Source of the DNA: an uncultured Cardiobacteriaceae bacterium
GTDB taxonomy: Bacteria > Pseudomonadota > Gammaproteobacteria > Cardiobacteriales > Cardiobacteriaceae
Direction of reading: 5' to 3'
NCBI GenBank assembly: GCA_963532425.1
Contig: CAUSKK010000013.1
Coordinates: 3,931 to 67,930, forward strand
Length of the DNA: 64,000 bases
This document shows positions 56,816-64,000 of the stretch, one piece after another. Position 1 is the stretch's first letter. Each line of letters begins with the position of its first letter. Below the pieces are notes generated by a model. It did no database searches, was not told the DNA's origin, and was given only the letters and a program-made list of their open reading frames with translations. Position numbers and translations under genes: made by a program.

Positions 56816-57775
56816 ATGCCTATGATTACTCTCCGTCAGATTCAATTCGCCCTGGCCGTGGCCCGGCATAAACATTTCAAGCGCGCCGCCGACGAATGCA
56901 GCATTTCCCAAAGTGCCTTGTCCCTGGGCATCGCCGAAATGGAAAAGAACCTGGGCGTGATTATTTTCGAGCGCAACAACAAGCAGGTGGTGATTACGCC
57001 CATCGGCGAGGAGCTGCTGGCCCGGGCCCAGCAAATCTATCTGGACGCCCAGCAGCTGGTGGAACGGGCCCATGCCGGCCAGGGTGAGCTCTGTTTCGGC
57101 ATGCACATGGGCTTCATTCCCACCATCGCCCCCTATCTGCTGCCCAGCGCCCTGCCTCTACTGCGCGCCGAGTACCCGAAATTCCAGCTCAATATCCACG
57201 AGGACACCACCCAACGCCTGCTGGATTTGGTGCACAGCGGCAAAATCGACGGCGCCGTCATCGCCCTGCCCTTTGATACCAGCGGCCTGCACGTCTTCAC
57301 CTTCGGCGAGGAGCGCTTCTATGTGCTGCTGCGCGACGACCACCCGCTGAGCCAGAAGAGCAAAATCACCGTCAATGAGCTGCAGGATTTGCCGCTGCTG
57401 ATGTTGAGCGAAGGCCACTGCCTGAAGGACCACATCATGGCCATCTGCCAGTTCCACCGGGAGCTCGGCCGCGACACCTTCCGCCAGGCCTCGCTGAACA
57501 CGCTGGTGCAGATGACCATCAACGACATGGGCGTAACCCTGGTGCCGGAAATCGCCCTGCCCTCGCTGCGCGCCCAGCAGGGGGTCAAGGCCCTGCCGCT
57601 GGACAAGGGCGGCGTCCACCGCCAGCTGGCCCTGGTAACCCGGCCCAACTATCCGCGTCTGGACGAACTCAGCCTGCTGATGGAACTGTTCCAGCGCGCC
57701 ACCCTGCGCCTGAAGGAACAGGCCCAGGACGCCCCGGCGGAAACCCGCCCGGCCGAGGTCAGCAATGCCCGCTAG
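56816..57775 (+). CDS. oxyR: LysR-family peroxide regulator
   Basis: 'LRQ(I/L)QF..A.A...HF..AA....(I/V)SQ.(A/T)LS..I..(L/M)E..LG' HTH. Redox Cys context 'SEGHCLKDH'. Divergent from ahpCF. Confidence 0.88.
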   Translation: MPMITLRQIQFALAVARHKHFKRAADECSISQSALSLGIAEMEKNLGVIIFERNNKQVVITPIGEELLARAQQIYLDAQQLVERAHAGQGELCFGMHMGFIPTIAPYLLPSALPLLRAEYPKFQLNIHEDTTQRLLDLVHSGKIDGAVIALPFDTSGLHVFTFGEERFYVLLRDDHPLSQKSKITVNELQDLPLLMLSEGHCLKDHIMAICQFHRELGRDTFRQASLNTLVQMTINDMGVTLVPEIALPSLRAQQGVKALPLDKGGVHRQLALVTRPNYPRLDELSLLMELFQRATLRLKEQAQDAPAETRPAEVSNAR

Positions 57776-58652
57776 GGCCGCCTACCGGGCGCTGGAGGCC
57801 ATTCGTCCCCGGCTGCCCGCCGTCCGCAATCAACCCGACCACTACGAGCGGGTGCCGAATCTGCTCGCCCTGGCCGAGCGCTTCGACGTCTTCTGCTTCG
57901 ATGCCTTCGGCGTCCTCAACGTCGGCCAGACGGCCATTCCCAACGCCATCGCCACCGTGGCCGAGCTGCGCCGCCGGGGCAAACGGCTGTTTGTGGTCTC
58001 CAACGCCAGCGCCGTGGCCCGGCCCGGACTGGTCGAGCGCTACCGCCGGCTCGGCTACGATTTCACAGCGGAAGAAATCGTCTCCAGCCGCGATGCCCTG
58101 CTGGCCAATTTCAGCCCCGACCCGGCCAAAACCTACGGCCTCATCGGCCTACGCGAGGGCCAGGAGGATTTGGCCGGCCTGCGGCTGGTCTACCAGGACG
58201 AGGCCGATTTCTACGCCCGGGCCGATGAAATCCTGTTCCTGTCCAGCCTGAACTGGGACGACCACCGGCAGGAGCGCTTCCTCGCCGAAATGGCCGCCCG
58301 GCCCCGGCCCGTCTATCTAGGCAATCCCGACCTCATCGCCCCCCAGGGCGCCGCCACCAGCATCGAGGCCGGCACCTATGTGCTGCTACCCGAAGCGCTC
58401 CAGCCCCTGGTGCGCGTCTACGGCAAACCCTGGCCGGCCATCTTCGCAGAAATGGCCCGGCGGCTGGACCGCTTCAATCCGGCCCGCACGCTGATGCTCG
58501 GCGACACGTTGCACACGGACATTCTCGGCGCCAACCACTTCGGCATTGGCAGTGCCCTGGTCAGCGACTGGGGCTTCTTCAAAGGGCTGGACTGGGCCGC
58601 CGCCATCGCCGATTCCGGCATCGTGCCGCACTATGTGCTGCCGGCTCTTTAG
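57765..58652 (+). CDS. HAD-superfamily hydrolase (class IIA-like)
   Basis: 'FCFDAFGVLN' (DxxG variant of motif I), 'VSNAS' and 'LGDTLHTDI.GA'. Confidence 0.7.
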   Translation: MPARAAYRALEAIRPRLPAVRNQPDHYERVPNLLALAERFDVFCFDAFGVLNVGQTAIPNAIATVAELRRRGKRLFVVSNASAVARPGLVERYRRLGYDFTAEEIVSSRDALLANFSPDPAKTYGLIGLREGQEDLAGLRLVYQDEADFYARADEILFLSSLNWDDHRQERFLAEMAARPRPVYLGNPDLIAPQGAATSIEAGTYVLLPEALQPLVRVYGKPWPAIFAEMARRLDRFNPARTLMLGDTLHTDILGANHFGIGSALVSDWGFFKGLDWAAAIADSGIVPHYVLPAL

Positions 58653-59325
58653 GCGGCTACGGCCGGGCCTGCGCTTCTGGCACTGGTTTCTGTCCGGCCT
58701 CAGCCTGCTGCTGCTGGCGCCGCTGCTGCTCTACGGCTGGATTAGCTGGCGGGCGGCCCCCTACCAGTACGACGATTTGGAGGCGCTGCCGGCGCGCTCG
58801 GTGGGGCTGGTGCTGGGGACGAGCAAATATCTGGGCCACGGCCAAATCAACCTCTACTACCGGGGGCGCATCGAGGCCGCCCTGGCCCTCTACCGGGCCG
58901 GCAAGGTGCGCTATTTCATCGTCAGCGGCGATAACCGCAGCGTCTCCTACAACGAGCCCCGGCAGATGCGCCTGGATTTAATCGCCGGCGGCGTACCGGC
59001 CCATCGTATCCAGCCGGACTTTGCCGGCCTGCGCACCCTGGATAGCGTGTTGCGCGCCGCCGCCATCTTCGGCCAGGACGACTACATCATCATCAGCCAG
59101 CCCTTCCACAATGCCCGCGCCCTCTGGCTCGCCCGCGCCCGGGGCCAGCATCCCATCGCCTTCAACGCCCCCAACCCCCGGCGCTGGCGCCACCGGCTGA
59201 AAACCGAACTGCGCGAGGTCGGCGCCCGGCTCAAGGCCCTCTGGGATTTGCTCAGCCAGAAGCAGGCCCGCCACTACGGCCCGCCCATCGACTTCCCCCC
59301 GCCGCCGGAGCCCGACGCCCCATGA
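58633..59325 (+). CDS. sanA: SanA/YdcF-like (DUF218) membrane protein
   Basis: N-terminal TM then 'VLGTSKY.....N.YY..RI.AA..LY.AGKV...IVSGDN....YNEP..M...L...GVP...I..D.AG.RT.DS'. ATG 58633 chosen to minimise overlap with the HAD gene. Confidence 0.8.
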   Translation: MCCRLFRRLRPGLRFWHWFLSGLSLLLLAPLLLYGWISWRAAPYQYDDLEALPARSVGLVLGTSKYLGHGQINLYYRGRIEAALALYRAGKVRYFIVSGDNRSVSYNEPRQMRLDLIAGGVPAHRIQPDFAGLRTLDSVLRAAAIFGQDDYIIISQPFHNARALWLARARGQHPIAFNAPNPRRWRHRLKTELREVGARLKALWDLLSQKQARHYGPPIDFPPPPEPDAP

Positions 59326-60095
59326 ACCGCCGCGACTGGGGCCAGGCCCTGACCCTGGGCGCCCTGCTGGCCCTGGTGCTGGGCTACGGGTTGGCGCTGC
59401 TGCAGCCGGCCGGCGACCGTTTCGGGCCCTGGCTGCGGGCGATGATGACGCTGGTGCCGCTGCTGCTGCTGCTGCCCTTTGTCTGGCGCCGGGTGCCGAA
59501 GGCCTATCAGATTCTGGCCCTGCTGGCGCCCTGGCATTTCTTCGTCGGCGGGGTGATTTGGCTCTGGGGGGAGCCGGCCGCCGGCGCTTATTTCTGCCTG
59601 GGGGCGCTGCTGCTCCAGACCGGCACCATTCTGCACAACTACCGGCCGCGCCCACCCCGGCTACGCCTGCCGGCGCTGGTGCCGCTGGGCGCCGACGACC
59701 TGGCCCTGCTGGTGAGCCGCGACGATGCCCGCTACCGCGCCTGGGCCGAGGTCTGGGCCGGGGCCAGCTATGAGGGCCCGGGGCCGGGCCTGGGCGAACT
59801 GCTGGCCGACGATGTCTGGGCCACGGCGCCGGCCGGAGTGCTGCGCCTGGAGGACCGGGCCGGCCGCAACTGGTTTCGCCTGCCCCTGACGCCCAGCCAA
59901 CGGCAGATTTTGACCCGCCAGGGCCGGCTGCTGCTGCTGCCCCTGCCGAAGGAGGCCGCCACCCCAGCCCGGGCCGAGGCCCTGGCCACCCTCCCCCCCG
60001 ACGATGATGTCGCGCTGGCCCACTGGCTCAGCGCCGAAGGCCTGGAGGGGCTGGGCCTGACCTTCCGACCGACGGAAAGCGCTGCCGAACGCTAG
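59322..60095 (+). CDS. hypothetical membrane protein (257 aa)
   Basis: ATGA overlap with the sanA stop. Four hydrophobic segments followed by a soluble C-terminal half. No motif recognised. Confidence 0.6.
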   Translation: MNRRDWGQALTLGALLALVLGYGLALLQPAGDRFGPWLRAMMTLVPLLLLLPFVWRRVPKAYQILALLAPWHFFVGGVIWLWGEPAAGAYFCLGALLLQTGTILHNYRPRPPRLRLPALVPLGADDLALLVSRDDARYRAWAEVWAGASYEGPGPGLGELLADDVWATAPAGVLRLEDRAGRNWFRLPLTPSQRQILTRQGRLLLLPLPKEAATPARAEALATLPPDDDVALAHWLSAEGLEGLGLTFRPTESAAER

Positions 60096-60106
60096 TCCGC
60101 CGACCC

Positions 60107-61855
60107 GAAGCGCTTCGGACTCCGTAGAAGTCTGAAACGCAGCGAGCGACAGGCAAGCCACCGCTTCAAGCTCTACGGAAGCGCAGCGGCGGGCGAGCCA
60201 ACGGCGAGCACCCCAGCAACTGCTTCGCCCGCCGGCCCAATTAAGGAAGCGCTTCGTTCGTCCGCTGCCCCGCTGGCCGACCGAAAAGAGTGCCACCCCG
60301 AAGCGCTTCATTGGGAACGCCTTTCCCAGTCCGAAGCGCTTCCCCTTTTCCCGTTTTTCCTGAGCGAAGCGCTTCCCTTGGGTGCCGCTATCCCCAATGG
60401 CCCGAAGCCGGCATTGCTATTCCCTGTCGGACTTCAGAACGAAGCGCTCCCCCTGGTTAGAACCTAGGAAGCGCTTCGTTCGTTCACGGCCCCGAGGTTC
60501 AACCAAAAGGAGAGCCGCCCCGAAGCGCTTCAGTTTAGTCCCCCGAGGCCGAATTTATTTTTCCCGGCCTCTGAGGTCGAAGCGCTTCCCTATTTGAGCC
60601 GGTAATGATTGAACCGGGGCCAACCGGCCGAAGCGCTTCGCCCGCCTAACCCATAAGGAAACGCTTCCCTTGGGTGCCGCTATCCCCAATGACCCGAAAC
60701 CGGCATTGCTATTCCTTGCCAGACTTCAGAACGAAGCGCTCCCTCTGGCTAGAACCCAGGAAGCGCTTCATTCCGACTAGCGAAGCGCTTCCCTTTTGCC
60801 GGGCCGGTGATTATTTATGTCAGACCGAAGCGCTTCGTTGAGATTAGCCTTCGAGGGAGAAGCGCTTCCGGCTGGAGATTCAGAACGAAGCGCTTCCTCC
60901 TCCGGCTGTTAAAACCGAAACGCTTCGGCCCGGGCCGGGGCTAATACGACCGTTGAACGGTAGCGCTTCCTTCCCAACTTGGCCAATGGCGAAGCGCTTC
61001 GGCCCGGCCAGTTGCTCTAAACCGAAGCGCTCCCCGTTTTCCCAGCCGGAAGCGCTTCAGTTTTTTTTGAGCCGGCGGGGCGAAGCGCTTCCTGCCAATG
61101 GCTAGAGCTGCCACTGGGCCGGGGAAAAATCTACAGGCTAAGGCCGAAGCGCTTCATTCCTAGGATTTGGCGAAGCGCTCCCCTCTGTTGTCCTAGCCAG
61201 TCGAAGCGCTTCGCTGGGAAAAAACCTTGGGAAGGAAGCGCTTCCGTTGGATACGGCAGAAGGGAGCGCTTCGATTTAGAGCGGGGTCGAAGTAGAACGA
61301 AGCGCTTCGTTCTAACGGCCTGGCCAGAAGGACTTTAGACCAGCGGGCCGATTTATCTGGCTGCGCCGGGGGAAGCGCTTCGGTTCTGGCGTCCCAGTCC
61401 AGAGGGGGCGTTGCTCGTCCGGCAAACGCGCGGCGCTGAAGCGCTTCAGTTTTAAACGGCAGATTTTCGGGAAGCGCTTGGGCTTCCGGAAATCGCTCAA
61501 GGGGGGAGCGCTTCGTTTCCGGAGGCCAGATAAACCGAAGCGCTTCGTTTCGGCGGTTCGCAGAGATTAAGGAATCGCTTTAAGGGAGAACGCGCTTCAT
61601 TTTCCAACGGCTTTTAATCATCACGAGCCCCGGCCCGTCAGAACCAAAGCCCTTCGGCCGCTGGCCAGGTGTTGGCCGGGCCGATGATTTAAAGAGGGAG
61701 CGCTTCGCTTCGGCCTCTTAGGTTTGCTTTCTAGGCTGAAGCGCTTCGTTCGGCGGTAGAAGAAAACGGCTGGACATTGGCTTGGCACTGGGAGCGAAGC
61801 GCTTCGGCTCCAGGGGGATTGAACAATCCGCAAACGGCCGGCGGGGAAGCGCTTC
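60107..61855. repeat. array G of GAAGCGCTTC palindromes (27 exact plus more than 12 variant)
   Basis: Manual scan. Contains a ~118-bp internal duplication (60362-60480 vs 60657-60775). Confidence 0.9.
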
Positions 61856-61936
61856 GTTCCCGGAAGCCAGCTGGGAAAAGCATCTCCGGCCGCGCCAGCA
61901 GAGCAAAGCACCGAACCCCCGGCAAGCCCGCTGGGC

Positions 61937-62896
61937 TTAGGCCAGTGCCGTTAGCCGTTCCAGCAGGGCCAGAGCGTCCGGCGGTGGCGGGACGGCCAGC
62001 CCCAGCAGCTGGCCGGCATCACGCTGAAAGCACAGGCGCTGGGCGTGCAGCCACATGCCGTCATAGCCGTGCCGTTTCAGGGTTTTATTGAATTCGCGGT
62101 CGCCATATTTATCGTCGCCGGCCAGCGGGTGGCCGCAGTGGGCCACGGACAGGCGAATCTGGTGGGTGCGGCCGGTGGCGATGCGCACGGACAGCAGCGT
62201 GGCCTCCTCGTAGCGCGCCGCCACGGTGAAATAGCTCAGCGCCTCCTTGCCCTCCGGGTGCACCACCATGCGGTCGCCGTCCTCGCTCTGAATCTTCGCC
62301 AGCTTCAAACGCACCTCCTGGCGGGCCGCCGGCCAGTGGCCGCGCACCAGACAGAGATAGTGCTTTTCCACGGTGCCGGCCTTGAGCTGCTCCTGAAAAT
62401 CGAGCAGGGCCGCCCGGGTTTTGGCCAGCACCAGCAGGCCGGAGGTGTCCCGGTCGATGCGATGGCCGAGCAGCACCGCATCGGGGCCGCGCAGGGTCTG
62501 CAGCGCTTCCATCAGGCCATAGTCATTGCCGCTGCCGCCGTGCACGGCCAGGCCGGCCGGCTTATTGACGAGCAGGAAGCGCTCGTCCTCGTAGACCACC
62601 GCCCGCCGTACCCGTTCCAGCCAGTAGGGCGGCACCGCCGGCGGTCGCACGGTTTTTTGATAGAGCGGCGGCAGGCGCAGCTGGTCGTCGAGCTGGAGGC
62701 GGTGGCTGGCCGCCACCCGCTTTTTGTTGCAGCGCACTTCGCCCTTGCGCAGCATCTGGTAGAGGCGGCTTTTCGGAATGTGGGGATAGCGACGAAAGAG
62801 GAAATTATCGAGCCGCTGGCCGTCCTCGCGGGCGGTGATGGTCAGAAAATGGACGCCCCGGCGTTCCAGCTCGGGGGGCAGGTCGGATTCGCTCAT
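61937..62896 (-). CDS. rluC: RluA-family 23S rRNA pseudouridine synthase (RluC-like)
   Basis: S4 domain 'RLDNFL......PKS....(M/I)RKGEVR.N', catalytic 'HRIDRDTSGLL(V/L)LAK' and 'THQIR'. ATG 62896 with an AAGGAA RBS; the ORF track uses TTG 62923. Confidence 0.88.
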   Translation of the reverse strand: MSESDLPPELERRGVHFLTITAREDGQRLDNFLFRRYPHIPKSRLYQMLRKGEVRCNKKRVAASHRLQLDDQLRLPPLYQKTVRPPAVPPYWLERVRRAVVYEDERFLLVNKPAGLAVHGGSGNDYGLMEALQTLRGPDAVLLGHRIDRDTSGLLVLAKTRAALLDFQEQLKAGTVEKHYLCLVRGHWPAARQEVRLKLAKIQSEDGDRMVVHPEGKEALSYFTVAARYEEATLLSVRIATGRTHQIRLSVAHCGHPLAGDDKYGDREFNKTLKRHGYDGMWLHAQRLCFQRDAGQLLGLAVPPPPDALALLERLTALA

Positions 62897-62954
62897 GGCA
62901 GTTCCTTGTGGCGTTGTTCTCAAAGGGGAAAGCGCTTATAATGCCTGCCCTTTC

Positions 62955-63028
62955 GGGCCTATAGCTCAGTTGGTCAGAGCAGGCGACTCATAATCGCTTG
63001 GTCGGGGGTTCAAGTCCCTCTGGGCCTA
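62955..63028 (+). tRNA. ileX: tRNA with CAU anticodon, tRNA-Ile2 (lysidine-type) by similarity
   Basis: Cloverleaf folded by hand: acceptor GGGCCTA/TGGGCCT (two G-U pairs), D arm GCTC/GAGC, anticodon arm GGCGA-CTCATAA-TCGCT, T arm GGGGG-TTCAAGT-CCCTC. The anticodon arm and variable loop are identical to E. coli ileX as I remember it. Confidence 0.85.
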
Positions 63029-63030
63029 TA

Positions 63031-63600
63031 TCAGGAAGCGCTTCTCGCGGGAAGCGCTTCTTTTTTTATGCCCAGCAGCCGGCCATAGAAGGGCCAGCAG
63101 AAGGAAGCGCTCGGGTCGGTTTTGCGCCCCGGGGCGATGTGCTCGTGGCCGGTGATGGCGGCCAGGCCGGGATAGCGCCGCTGTAGGGCTTGGGTCAGGG
63201 CGGCCAGCCGTTGGTACTGGCGCAGCGTGTAGGGAAGATTATCGGCGCCGTTCAGTTCGATGCCGATGCTGAAGTCGTTGCAGTTGGCGCGGCCGTTGAA
63301 CTGGGAAACGCCGGCGTGCCAGGCCCGGGCCTCGGTGGGGACGAACTGGATAATGTCCCCGGCCCGGCCAATATAGAAATGGGCCGACACCCGGAGGCCG
63401 GCGAGGCCAGCGAAATAGGGGTGGGCGGAAAGATTTAAAGCGCCCGTGAAGAGCGCTTTAACGGCGTCGGCGCCCCAGACGGCCGGGGGCAGACTGATGC
63501 TGTGGATGACCAGCAGTTCCACCGGTGCCGGCCGTTCGTTATGGAACGGGCTCGGCCAGCGCTCGGCTTCGTCCAGCCAGCCGGCGGCGTCAATGTGCAT
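63031..63600 (-). CDS. ampD: 1,6-anhydro-N-acetylmuramyl-L-alanine amidase
   Basis: 'LLVIHSISLPP', 'VSAHF.I.R.G...QFV....RAWHAG.S', 'N..SIGIEL.G' and 'I.GH..IAPGRK.DP'. Confidence 0.92.
   Translation of the reverse strand: MHIDAAGWLDEAERWPSPFHNERPAPVELLVIHSISLPPAVWGADAVKALFTGALNLSAHPYFAGLAGLRVSAHFYIGRAGDIIQFVPTEARAWHAGVSQFNGRANCNDFSIGIELNGADNLPYTLRQYQRLAALTQALQRRYPGLAAITGHEHIAPGRKTDPSASFCWPFYGRLLGIKKEALPARSAS
63035..63067 (+). terminator. tRNA terminator built from two GAAGCGCTTC copies
   Basis: GAAGCGCTTC (63035-63044), TCGCGG loop, GAAGCGCTTC (63051-63060), then T7. The two palindrome copies can pair as a 10-bp stem. Confidence 0.7.
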
Positions 63601-64000
63601 TTTTGCGCGGCACCAGCAGCACGGTCAGCAGCAGCAGGCCCACAAAGAGAATCATCGACCAGAGGGGAATGCTCAGGCCCCAGAACAAATCCTTGGTGGC
63701 ACAGTCGCCGTCGCCCTGCATGGCCTGCCAGAGGCCGGAGAAGAGCTCGTTGCGTTTCATCAGGGCGTAGAAATCCAAACCACAGGCCGGCACCTGGTCG
63801 GGGGGCAGACTCTGGATATAGAGATGGCGGGCGGCCAGGCCCATGCCGAAGAAAATACTCAGCAGTTTGAAGAGGCGTATCAGCCAGCGGCCCACCGTGC
63901 CGCGCGGCGCCAGCAGGGCATCGAGCAGGAAAGCCAGCCCGGCGAGACCGAAGGCCAGCCGCTGCATCATGCACAGCGGGCAGGGATTCAGAAACAGGGT
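63590..64000 (-). CDS. dsbB: disulfide bond formation protein B (5' end outside window)
   Basis: The frame is open to the window edge and reads 'TLFLNPCPLCMMQR' (CxxC), then TM helices and a second Cys pair region 'C.....C'. Overlaps the ampD start by 11 nt. Confidence 0.85.
   Translation of the reverse strand, partial: TLFLNPCPLCMMQRLAFGLAGLAFLLDALLAPRGTVGRWLIRLFKLLSIFFGMGLAARHLYIQSLPPDQVPACGLDFYALMKRNELFSGLWQAMQGDGDCATKDLFWGLSIPLWSMILFVGLLLLTVLLVPRKNAH

Noticed and set aside
62955-63028. The tRNA gene as an integration hotspot for a genomic island.
   Set aside because: Both flanks (rluC, ampD-dsbB) are core genes of normal GC content. No integrase or direct repeat of the tRNA 3' end was seen. 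The low-GC islet is 11 kb away and unrelated.

Overview
GC-rich (about 65% by eye) proteobacterial chromosomal segment. All domain and family names come from motif recognition by eye, with no database search. Most of it is housekeeping: tyrA'-aroA-cmk-rpsA-ihfB, rsmI, mutM-gmk, ggt, trhO, plsY-lpxK, folB-aspS, proBA, manXYZ-yobD-manA, ahpCF/oxyR, sanA, rluC, tRNA-Ile2(CAU), ampD-dsbB'. Several non-standard things sit on top of this. (1) A ~2 kb islet of only ~20-27% GC (49.43-51.46 kb) lies right after manA. It carries a helical/TPR-like ORF and a DUF2971-like ORF that look like one gene split by a -1 shift at a T6 run. It has no mobility gene and is my best candidate for an uncharacterised accessory or defence-type module. 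(2) A four-gene, translationally coupled minus-strand operon (SWIM zinc finger, 561-aa HEAT-like protein, 474-aa Arg/Trp-rich protein, MoxR/YehL-like AAA+ ATPase) lacks the usual vWA partner. It is followed by a two-module leucine-rich-repeat gene truncated by an 8-bp duplication. (3) trhO is translationally coupled to an RNA ligase and an HD-phosphohydrolase/P-loop kinase, which reads as an RNA heal-and-seal cassette. (4) The 10-bp palindrome GAAGCGCTTC occurs about 125 times by manual count, against about 0.1 expected. About 100 copies form seven arrays totalling ~7 kb (~11% of the window), and every array lies in a convergent (3'-3') intergenic gap. (5) The 3' ends of aspS and ggt, stop codons included, are tandemly re-duplicated downstream. 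(6) A membrane-protein gene is duplicated around the islet, with one truncated copy and one frameshifted copy. I saw no CRISPR array, rRNA, integrase or transposase.
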